The notes beneath the pieces were generated by a model. The model did no database searches. It saw only the letters and a list, made by a program, of their open reading frames with translations, and was not told the DNA's origin. A DNA stretch of 64,000 bases from Candidatus Woesearchaeota archaeon (GTDB lineage: Archaea; Nanobdellota; Nanobdellia; Pacearchaeales; GW2011-AR1): positions 9,453 to 73,452 of the forward strand of contig CAYHCG010000006.1 of assembly GCA_964355135.1 (NCBI GenBank). The letters are read 5' to 3'. This document shows positions 34,133 to 42,320 of this stretch, in pieces. The position numbers and the translations under genes are program-made. How positions within the stretch are numbered: the first letter of the stretch is position 1; each line of letters begins with the position of its first letter.

Positions 34133-34690
34133 ATGAAGAGGAAAATTTTATTATGTCTCATTTTATTGTTGAGCTTGCTATTTGTAAGAAATGTCTTGGC
34201 ATTCGGTGTGGCTTATGCTGATTTTAGATGTCCTGACAATCCTCTAAAATTATTTCCGGGTCAGGAAAAGATAACTAGCCTATGGCTGCAAAACATGGCC
34301 GATGATGATGCAAGTGTCGCCGTTATTCTTAGAGAGGGCGCAGGCATAGCTGAAATGGAAACTCAAAATTACCTGGTCAAATCTAAAACAGAGGATACTA
34401 GCGTTCCTATCACTTTTAAAATTCCTGAAGATGAACCTATAGGTGCGAATCATACCGTTGTTATCGCTTTTGATACTATAATAGATGGAGAAAGCGGAGG
34501 AGTTGCTATCGGAACAGGAATGGACGTTAAAGTCTGTGTTCAGATTGTACCAGAGTATCCTGTTGAACTCTCTCCTGTGGATAAAGAAAGTGGGAAAGCA
34601 TGGTACTATGTGATTGGATTCGTGATTTTAGCTGCATTAATTGTAGTTTTTGTGGTAAGAAGAAAGAGGGCAAATAAGTCTTTGAGGTAA
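34133..34690 (+). CDS. small secreted beta-sandwich protein with C-terminal TM and basic tail (family member 2)
   Basis: Signal peptide. AYADFRCPDNP...GGVAIGTGMDVKVCVQIV aligns with the preceding gene. C-terminus YYVIGFVILAALIVVFVVRRKR. Confidence 0.75.
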   Translation: MKRKILLCLILLLSLLFVRNVLAFGVAYADFRCPDNPLKLFPGQEKITSLWLQNMADDDASVAVILREGAGIAEMETQNYLVKSKTEDTSVPITFKIPEDEPIGANHTVVIAFDTIIDGESGGVAIGTGMDVKVCVQIVPEYPVELSPVDKESGKAWYYVIGFVILAALIVVFVVRRKRANKSLR

Positions 34691-34824
34691 ATCATATAAA
34701 TTAAGCTCTAATTAATACAGAATAAGACAAATCTAATACGTTTTAATGGAGAAAAAGGCTTAAAATGGTAAGTTTTATATAGCATTTTTCATACAATATA
34801 AGCATAAGAGAGCTTAATATTGCA

Positions 34825-37800
34825 ATGACTGAAAAAATTGATTTTCTAAATGAGAAAAGAAAGGAATTACTGGAAAGAATTAATGTTGCGCAAAATTACA
34901 AAAAAGAAGTTGGCGAAAAAGTTCAGAAACTTGCAGCAAGATTTAGCATAGGAGAACTGAATTTTTTTGAGTATCATCAGGAACTGAAGAAAAATTTTGG
35001 AGATAAGTCGCCTGCTGATTGGATCGAGTACTATGACAAGTATATTGAAAAGTGCCGCACGGAGCTTAAAAAGTGCGGCGAAGAAATAAACGAGTTGAGA
35101 ATAAAAAAAGTTGCAAGATTTTCTCCTTTGATTTTGGTTATTTTTATCTTTGCACTAGTTCTTTATTATAATTTTAAAGATAGTTCTATCTTACTTTCAC
35201 CTTCCGAAATATTCACTGAAAAAATAAATTTTGTGGCTAGTGAAGATGGTTCATTTATGTTTGAGCCACAACAGGGAGGGAGACTTAGCAGTTTGAGAAT
35301 TTCAGGAGATATTAATGGAGGAGGAAATGTTAAAATTTATCTCCAAGCGAATGGAAATGAATTATTGATTTTAGATAGCGACGCTATAGGGTATAAAGGA
35401 ATAAGCGGGCTTGCAATAGAAGAATTCGATAGAGTTCTTGATGAAAATGAAAGTATTGAGAAAAATGCAACTATTTTAGTGGAAGAGAATATTGAAACTA
35501 TTGAAGTTAACGATAGTTTAGATGATATAGAAAATAAAACTGAAGCTAACTCAGAAATCAAAAAAGGATTTGTTAATTATTGCAATGAAACTTGTGATTT
35601 AGACAGTATTGATTTAGGAGACTCTTATGAAATAAAAATTGTGATAGGGGGAGAGGCCGAGGTTATAATTGAGGAGATTAACTATAAGATTACTAAGAAA
35701 GAGGTAAGAGAAGATATCGAAATAGAAACTCCTAGAAATGAGACAAATCAGACTGTAGTTAGAGATATAGAAAAAATTGAAAGAAAAAATGCACAAGGAA
35801 AAGAAGTAGTTGTGAAGAAAAAGCAAGGCGAGAAAAATATAATTGTAGAGACTACAGTTCCTATTGAGTGGAACGTGAAAGACGCAGGAAAAATCAGAGT
35901 AAGATGGAAAGAAGGAGGAGAAGAAATTAATTTTAATGGTGAAGATACAAATAATGACGGAATTATCGATAGTATTACTTGGGTTGTCAGTGATCTAGAA
36001 AGAGATCAAACTTATGAAATTATTGTGATCACAAAAGCAGAACATCTTGATACTGATAGAAGTTTTGTTAGTGATATTTACGATTTAGTTAAAGAGCAAG
36101 ATGGAGTTTGGAGTGAGAGTATTGGGGATGGAGAGTATGTAAGAGTTACTTTTGAAATCCCCCTTGATAGTACGAGAGATATAACACTCTGGTCTAGAAC
36201 GGTGAGTGGGAATCCTCGCGTTGAAGTGTATGAAACAAATGGAAATGTAACAGTTGCTTCATTTGAAAGTTTGAATGATGACGAATATAATAAGGTTTAT
36301 TTGACGGGACTTTCTGGAACACAAGAGACATTTGATTTGAGAGTTGTTGATGGTTCAATTGAACTCGATCATGTTATTGATCCTTATTTTTCTGATAAGG
36401 TTAAACTGTATTTTAATAATACTGCTACTCCAATTGGAGGAGCATGTCCTACTGGAAATAAAAAAATGGGAACTGCTGCACCCAACTCTGTTGTTATAAT
36501 CTGGCCTGGAGAGTTTGACAGCGGTGTTCCTGGGAATACGGATGCAGGGCAGTGGTATTCTGGGAGTGTTAACAGAGCAAATACGACATTATCTACTCAA
36601 ATTGCTAGCGCTACCCAGAGTTCAAGAAATTCAAATAGCTTCGGGCAGGGATGGATGTACGATGAGGATTTGACAGGACTGACTTTAGATGCAGGAAACT
36701 TTAGTTTTAATCTTTCTTTGATGGGTGGGCAGATGTCTGCAATAAACAGCGCAGAAAGGATCTTTGCCAGAATAAGTGTTGTTAATTGTAATGGTGGGAA
36801 TTTTAATTTAGTGCAAGATCTCACATCGACCAATATTGTTGGGGAAATAAGTCATACTGGGGGTCAAAACGGGTGGAAGGCAAATGAGGGAGGAAGAATA
36901 AACCATCCAGCTGTTTCTGCCGTCGTAAATGTCAATGTTAATTTTTCAACAAATCCTTATACATTCAAAAATGGGGAGATGTTGTTTATAGAATTGGGAT
37001 TTGGAGATGCTAGTAGCAACATTGATAGAACTATAGGATTGAGATACAATATTGCAAATTCTTTTGTTGTGACTCCTCCGTTTTTAGATAATACTCTGCC
37101 TTATGCTATTTTGAATGAACCTATGAATGACTCTAGATTTGTGGTAGGCGTATTTAACATTTCATTGAATGCAACAGTTGCTGATGAAACTATTTCTGAC
37201 TTGCTAAATGGGGAAATTTATGGGGTGAGAAACGGAAATGAGGCAGATTTTTACAAACATGGATTATTGAGTCGGAGATTTAATTTTACTAATGGAACGC
37301 AGGCGGTTTATAACTGGACTGCTCCTGTTGTAATTCCTGATGCTTCTACTGTTGTATTGTATCATTTAGATAATAATTCAAGATACGGAGAGAGTCAGAC
37401 CGAAGCAGTAGATTATGTTTCCGCGAATGTTAATTTAACTCCCGTCGGGAATGCTTTTCCTAATCAGACTAGCGGAAAGTTTGCAGGAGGGTGGGAATTT
37501 GACGGAAACGGAGACTACTTGGGTGATGCTTCCAATTTAGGGGCATTAAACGGAGTGGATAATGCAACTTTTGCTGCGTGGATAATGAGGGCTGGAGCAA
37601 GTTCTACGGGTCTAGAAGTTATTGTTCAGGAAGGTGGGCAGGGCAGAGGATTGGCACTGATTGCGAACTGCAACAATAACATGATGCAGTTTGGGGTAAA
37701 AGAAGGAGGCGTTTATTATGCTGCTAATGCATCTACTTTCTTGCTTAATGATGAGAACTGGCATCACTTGGCCGGAGTGTATGATGGGGATGCAGACACT

Positions 37801-39702
37801 ATTAAATTATATTTTGATGGTGTTTTAATGAATACTACTATTGCTACTACAGATATTGTAAATCCTGCTGTTGGAATAAGAGTTGGAGGAAGTGGTGGGG
37901 GAATTAGTCAGGGAACTTCATGCGCTTCTTCTAGTGTGGCAAGTTCATTTAATGGGACGATAGATGAAGTAGGAATATGGAATAGTAGCTTGACTGCTAG
38001 TGAAATAAAAGATCTTTATAGATTGAAAGTCGGAAAATATTATTGGAAAACTAACGTAACTGACCAGATTGGAAATAACAATGAAAGCGAGACAAGAGAA
38101 TTTACGGTAATTAATTCCCTACCTATTATATCTGATGTCAATGCAACGAACGTAACGCAGAACTTTGCAATGATCAACTGGACAACAGATTATGAGACTA
38201 ATAGTAGTGTTAATTTTGGCACGAATATGGCTTTGGGAACTAATATAAGTGAAAATATCTTAATCACAAAACATAATATTAGTCTAGCTGGTCTTTTATC
38301 AAATACACTTTATTTTTACAACGTAACTAGCTGCAGTTTTGATAATTTCTGTTCTACTAGCGGAACTTTTAATTTCACTACTTTAGCTTTATCTAATCAG
38401 GCTCCGGTTGTTAATTTTGTTAATTTTACGGATACAGGCGCTGTTCTGGGGGGAGTACAACCTGTTTTAATTAATTTCACTGTAAGCGACCAAAATGGTT
38501 TTGGAGATATAAATGACCCTAGTTCTAAAGTTGAAATTTACAATCTAAGCTTAACTGGCGCAGTAAGAGTAAATTCAACTTGCAGCGCAGTAGGTAATGT
38601 TGATGCAGATACAAGAAATTATAATTGCGTTGTTGGAATGTGGTATTTTGATCCTTATGGAATGTATACAGTGAACGTTACTATAAGAGATAATGCAGGG
38701 GCAAGAGCAGAGAATTCAAGCAGAGTTTTCCAGTTTATAGCTACTCCAGGATTTACTATGTCTCCTAATAGTATTAGTTGGCCTACCTTAAGTCCTGGGC
38801 AGAGCAATATACCGTCTATTGAAAATTTAACAATAAATAATACCGGAAACGTGGCTTTTTACAATGTTAGCATTACTGCTTTTAATCTAACTGGCGTAAC
38901 TGATTCAGGAAATTATATTCCTGCTATGAATTTCTGGGGCGGAGTAAGCTTTAACCAATGCAGCGCTCCTGCGACACAATTGAGAGACGATGGCAGCGTC
39001 AATATAAGTAACGCCTTTCTAAATACTGGGAATTTGTCTATTGGGGCAGGCGCGGGTCAGGAAGAAATATTTTTCTGCCTAGCTAGCGTTCCTGATCCTT
39101 TGCTCAAACAGACTTACTCTACTGAGGTTGGAAATCCCTGGCAAATTGAATTATTTACTGCAGCTTTGGTCTTGAGTGGATCAGTTGGCAGAAAGAGAAA
39201 AAGGAAAATAACTCTGGAAAATGAAGATTTACTTGAACTCTTGGGAGATAGGCTGGAAGAATTACTCGAATTAGTTAAGGCGAACAAATTAAGGGAAAAT
39301 AAGGTTGCAGAAAATAAAGAAATAGTTGTTCCTTTAGATATCTTTAAGCAAGAGGGCGGAGCTGCAGAGTCTTTATGCAAGTATCTTAAAGATAATAAAG
39401 GGATGAAGTTCAGCGAGATTGCGAGATTATTAAAAAGAGACAGAAGAACAATAAGCTTGAATTATAAGAATACGCAGACTAAAATACTGCCAGAGAATTT
39501 TGGCGAAAATGAATTTTACGTTCCTGTACGGATATTCTCCGATCGCAGACTAAGCATACTTGAGAGTCTTGTGTCATATCTAAGAAATAAGGGCTATAAG
39601 AATGTCGAAATTGCAAAAATGCTTGAGCGTGACCAGAGAAATGTCTGGACACTGCACTCCAGGGCAGCTAAAAAATTAAGAGTAGAAAATAAGAATATTT
39701 AA
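34825..39702 (+). CDS. giant surface protein B (1625 aa), paralog of A
   Basis: The N-terminal domain aligns with A (LERINVAQNYKKEVGEKVQKLAARF vs AERIFLAQRYKKEVIEKVQKLVAKL). TM at ~35113-35175. It carries the shared AEHLD module, a LamG unit (~37096-38109; ENWHHLAGVYDG...LYFDGVL; SFNGTIDEVGIWNSSLTASEI) and FN3 (INWTTDYETNSSVNFG...LYFYNVTS). It ends with the MWYFD Ig module, WQIELFTAALVLSGSVG + RKRKRK, and the tail. Confidence 0.9.
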   Translation: MTEKIDFLNEKRKELLERINVAQNYKKEVGEKVQKLAARFSIGELNFFEYHQELKKNFGDKSPADWIEYYDKYIEKCRTELKKCGEEINELRIKKVARFSPLILVIFIFALVLYYNFKDSSILLSPSEIFTEKINFVASEDGSFMFEPQQGGRLSSLRISGDINGGGNVKIYLQANGNELLILDSDAIGYKGISGLAIEEFDRVLDENESIEKNATILVEENIETIEVNDSLDDIENKTEANSEIKKGFVNYCNETCDLDSIDLGDSYEIKIVIGGEAEVIIEEINYKITKKEVREDIEIETPRNETNQTVVRDIEKIERKNAQGKEVVVKKKQGEKNIIVETTVPIEWNVKDAGKIRVRWKEGGEEINFNGEDTNNDGIIDSITWVVSDLERDQTYEIIVITKAEHLDTDRSFVSDIYDLVKEQDGVWSESIGDGEYVRVTFEIPLDSTRDITLWSRTVSGNPRVEVYETNGNVTVASFESLNDDEYNKVYLTGLSGTQETFDLRVVDGSIELDHVIDPYFSDKVKLYFNNTATPIGGACPTGNKKMGTAAPNSVVIIWPGEFDSGVPGNTDAGQWYSGSVNRANTTLSTQIASATQSSRNSNSFGQGWMYDEDLTGLTLDAGNFSFNLSLMGGQMSAINSAERIFARISVVNCNGGNFNLVQDLTSTNIVGEISHTGGQNGWKANEGGRINHPAVSAVVNVNVNFSTNPYTFKNGEMLFIELGFGDASSNIDRTIGLRYNIANSFVVTPPFLDNTLPYAILNEPMNDSRFVVGVFNISLNATVADETISDLLNGEIYGVRNGNEADFYKHGLLSRRFNFTNGTQAVYNWTAPVVIPDASTVVLYHLDNNSRYGESQTEAVDYVSANVNLTPVGNAFPNQTSGKFAGGWEFDGNGDYLGDASNLGALNGVDNATFAAWIMRAGASSTGLEVIVQEGGQGRGLALIANCNNNMMQFGVKEGGVYYAANASTFLLNDENWHHLAGVYDGDADTIKLYFDGVLMNTTIATTDIVNPAVGIRVGGSGGGISQGTSCASSSVASSFNGTIDEVGIWNSSLTASEIKDLYRLKVGKYYWKTNVTDQIGNNNESETREFTVINSLPIISDVNATNVTQNFAMINWTTDYETNSSVNFGTNMALGTNISENILITKHNISLAGLLSNTLYFYNVTSCSFDNFCSTSGTFNFTTLALSNQAPVVNFVNFTDTGAVLGGVQPVLINFTVSDQNGFGDINDPSSKVEIYNLSLTGAVRVNSTCSAVGNVDADTRNYNCVVGMWYFDPYGMYTVNVTIRDNAGARAENSSRVFQFIATPGFTMSPNSISWPTLSPGQSNIPSIENLTINNTGNVAFYNVSITAFNLTGVTDSGNYIPAMNFWGGVSFNQCSAPATQLRDDGSVNISNAFLNTGNLSIGAGAGQEEIFFCLASVPDPLLKQTYSTEVGNPWQIELFTAALVLSGSVGRKRKRKITLENEDLLELLGDRLEELLELVKANKLRENKVAENKEIVVPLDIFKQEGGAAESLCKYLKDNKGMKFSEIARLLKRDRRTISLNYKNTQTKILPENFGENEFYVPVRIFSDRRLSILESLVSYLRNKGYKNVEIAKMLERDQRNVWTLHSRAAKKLRVENKNI
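39190..39699 (+). other. C-terminal tail of giant B with two sigma70-region-4/LuxR-like HTH units
   Basis: Unit 1 is about 39321-39487 (AAESLCKYLKDNKGMKFSEIARLLKRDRRTISLNYKNTQTK). Unit 2 is about 39513-39677 (LSILESLVSYLRNKGYKNVEIAKMLERDQRNVWTLHSRAAKKL). Confidence 0.65.
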
Positions 39703-39740
39703 AAATACAAAAGTTGTATATCTACTAAGAGAAGAGGAAA

Positions 39741-40646
39741 GTGGTAAACAAAATTTCGTTATTTGTCAGCATAATTATTGTAATTGCCGTTGGGACTTTG
39801 GTATTCTTGCTTTTTGGAGCAGGGAATAATTTGATTAGATTCTCTCCTTCTCCTTTTAATGTGAGTGTGCAGGTTGGGAACTCTCCTCCTGTAGTTAACC
39901 TTGTCAGCTTTACTAATCAGCCGGCTGTCGTTGGCGGAGTACAACCTGTATTAATCAATTTTACGGTTAGGGATTCTAATTTAGTTACTGATTTAAATGA
40001 TTCAACTGCAAGAGTTGAAATATACAATCTAAGCTTAACTGGCGATGTACGAGTAAATTCAACTTGTGATGTTGTAGTAGACCTAGACGCAGACACAAGA
40101 AATTATAATTGCGCTGTTGGAATGTGGTATTTTGATCCTTATGGAATGTATACAGTGAACGTTACTATAAGAGATAATGCAGGGGCAAGAGCAGAGAATT
40201 CAAGCAGAATTTTCCAGTATATAGCTACTCCGAGCGCAGTTATTTATCCTAATGCATTGAGCTGGGATCCTATCGCTGTAGAGGATGTTGATAAGCCATC
40301 AAATAATGACCCTCTGATTTCAAATAATACTGGAAATGTTGATTTCAATACTTTGACTTTAACCGCCTTTAACTTGCCTGGGTCTATAACTTCTAATAAA
40401 TTTATTTATGCGGGCAACTTTAGCGTTAATGTTGCAGATAACTGCTTAGGCGGAGATATGATGGCAAATAATACAGGCGTTGGTTTAAGTGGGGGAGCAT
40501 TATTAATTGGTAACTTATCTAGTGGGGGAGGAATTGCGCAAGAAAATCTCTATTTCTGCATAAAGGCAATCAATTCTGATACTCCTGCGGAAACATTTTC
40601 ATCATCAAACACGGGAGGAATTGCGTGGAATCTTGATTTTAGCTAA
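39741..40646 (+). CDS. secreted/anchored Ig-like protein, paralog of the terminal MWYFD module of giant B
   Basis: GTG start. N-terminal hydrophobic MVNKISLFVSIIIVIAVGTLVFLLF. GGVQPVLINFTV...RNYNCAVGMWYFDPYGMYTVNVTIRDNAGARAENSSR is nearly identical to giant B. Confidence 0.8.
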   Translation: MVNKISLFVSIIIVIAVGTLVFLLFGAGNNLIRFSPSPFNVSVQVGNSPPVVNLVSFTNQPAVVGGVQPVLINFTVRDSNLVTDLNDSTARVEIYNLSLTGDVRVNSTCDVVVDLDADTRNYNCAVGMWYFDPYGMYTVNVTIRDNAGARAENSSRIFQYIATPSAVIYPNALSWDPIAVEDVDKPSNNDPLISNNTGNVDFNTLTLTAFNLPGSITSNKFIYAGNFSVNVADNCLGGDMMANNTGVGLSGGALLIGNLSSGGGIAQENLYFCIKAINSDTPAETFSSSNTGGIAWNLDFS

Positions 40647-40647
40647 T

Positions 40648-41220
40648 ATGAACAATAAAATAATAACTTGGGCAGGGTATTTTTTGGTATTCTTAAGTGT
40701 ACTAATATTAATTGCTAGAGTAGATTCTTTAGGAGCAGCAATTGAATGCGCGCCAAGAACTCCTTGTACAATGTATGCGGGAGAGGAGAGAATATTCAAT
40801 ATTCCTTTGCAGTCTTCTCCAGGAGAGGGAGATACCAGGGTAAGATTTGAGTTGATAGATAATGCGGGAGGAATTGCCGAAATTGTTGGAGATAGTGAAT
40901 TTGCGGTCCCTGCTGGTAGTACAGATGTCAATGCTCGCTTAAGAATTAAGATTAGAGAAGATGCGACTACAGTAGAGCATATCAATGTGATTATAAAATT
41001 CAGTGAAATCCCTGCTGAGAGTGATGGGCAAGTAGGCCTGTCTCCAAGTTTTACTATGCCCTTTGCTATTACTGTGGGGGGAGTGGTCCCTCCAGTAGCA
41101 GTTGAAAAGAAGGAAGGTTTTGGCGCAGGTGGAGCTTTCTTTTTGGCAGTTATGCTAGTACTAGTTGTTTTAGTAGCTATTACATTTGTTTTGGTCAAGA
41201 ATAAAAAAGAGTTAAACTAA
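40648..41220 (+). CDS. small secreted beta-sandwich protein with C-terminal TM and basic tail (family member 3)
   Basis: Start set at MNNKIITW. The AGGIAEIVGDSEF... layout parallels 33555 and 34133. C-terminus FFLAVMLVLVVLVAITFVLVKNKK. Confidence 0.7.
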   Translation: MNNKIITWAGYFLVFLSVLILIARVDSLGAAIECAPRTPCTMYAGEERIFNIPLQSSPGEGDTRVRFELIDNAGGIAEIVGDSEFAVPAGSTDVNARLRIKIREDATTVEHINVIIKFSEIPAESDGQVGLSPSFTMPFAITVGGVVPPVAVEKKEGFGAGGAFFLAVMLVLVVLVAITFVLVKNKKELN

Positions 41221-41311
41221 AAGCTATAGTTTTTCATGTTTTTAATAGAATTTATAACAATATTTAAATACTATAAAACACTACAAAACATAGTAAAAAA
41301 CAATATTGACA

Positions 41312-41551
41312 ATGGTAAAGGCGACAATAGAAATTCCGGAACGAGAAGATAGAATATTGAATATAGTTAAAGGTAAATATGGATTTAAGAATAAAACAGA
41401 AGCTTTGATTTTTATTGTAGCCGATTATGAAAAGAGTTTAGAACCTCAACTTAGACCCCAATATCTGAAGAAACTTAAAAAAATAGACAAGCAAAAAGGC
41501 ATCCCCTTTAACAACATTGAAGAGTTAAGAAATATGATTGAGAAGGATTAA
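41312..41551 (+). CDS. small antitoxin-like protein upstream of the RelE/ParE-like gene
   Basis: 80 aa (MVKATIEIPEREDRILNIVKGKYGF...). Ends 1 nt before the toxin ATG. Confidence 0.5.
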   Translation: MVKATIEIPEREDRILNIVKGKYGFKNKTEALIFIVADYEKSLEPQLRPQYLKKLKKIDKQKGIPFNNIEELRNMIEKD

Positions 41552-41552
41552 A

Positions 41553-41828
41553 ATGTATAATTATGAGATCAAACCCAATCTTGGGGCAATTCTTAAAAAA
41601 TTATCTAAAAAAGACAAAGTTCAATATTTAGCTCTTATGAATAAAATTCAGGAAATTATTAACTCTGGAAATATTGAGCATTATAAAAATCTCAAATATG
41701 ATTTAAGCGCATTCAAAAGGGTTCATGTGATGGGAAGTTTTGTATTGATTTTCAAGTATGATAAGAAAAATAACATTATTTCTTTCGAAGACTATGATCA
41801 TCATGATGTTATTTATGGAAAGAGATGA
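41553..41828 (+). CDS. RelE/ParE-family toxin-like protein
   Basis: About 91 aa. The layout with the KRVHVMGSFVLIFKYDKKNNIISFEDYDHHDVIY C-terminus is typical of RelE/ParE-fold toxins. Confidence 0.6.
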   Translation: MYNYEIKPNLGAILKKLSKKDKVQYLALMNKIQEIINSGNIEHYKNLKYDLSAFKRVHVMGSFVLIFKYDKKNNIISFEDYDHHDVIYGKR

Positions 41829-41860
41829 ACAATTATAAAGTCTAAAATACAGAGAATATT

Positions 41861-42304
41861 ATGAAGAAGTTGGATAAAATTGACAAAAAGATTGTTAATT
41901 TTATGAAATTAATTGGTTTGCCTTTTTTAAGGATATCACTAGCAGTTATTTTTATATGGTTTGGAATACTCAAACCGCTTCATTTGAGCACTGCAAATGA
42001 ACTTGTTACCAATACTGTCTACTGGGTAGATCCTTCCTGGTTTATCCCCTTTTTAGGATGGTGGGAAGTGCTCATAGGCGTTTGTTTATTGTATAAGCCT
42101 TTACTGCGATTTGGAATATTTATAATGTTTTTACAGATGATCGGGACTTTTCTTCCTCTTGTTTTACTTCCAGATATGATATATATAAAATTTCCATTTG
42201 TTTTGACACTCGAGGGACAGTATATCATTAAGAATTTAGTGTTAATTGCTGCCGCCATAGTGATAGGAAGTCATGTTAGAGATAAACAAGGAAAAAAGTT
42301 ATAA
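41861..42304 (+). CDS. four-helix membrane protein (DUF417/DoxX-like by eye)
   Basis: 147 aa with four hydrophobic helices (LRISLAVIFIWFGILKP...). Confidence 0.5.
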   Translation: MKKLDKIDKKIVNFMKLIGLPFLRISLAVIFIWFGILKPLHLSTANELVTNTVYWVDPSWFIPFLGWWEVLIGVCLLYKPLLRFGIFIMFLQMIGTFLPLVLLPDMIYIKFPFVLTLEGQYIIKNLVLIAAAIVIGSHVRDKQGKKL

Positions 42305-42320
42305 AGATACAATTGTGTAG

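Noticed and set aside
40605-41198. 197-aa minus-strand ORF
   Set aside because: It lies antisense to the small beta-sandwich gene 40648-41220, which has two clear paralogs. The antisense product is low-complexity (Thr/Ala/Pro/Ser).
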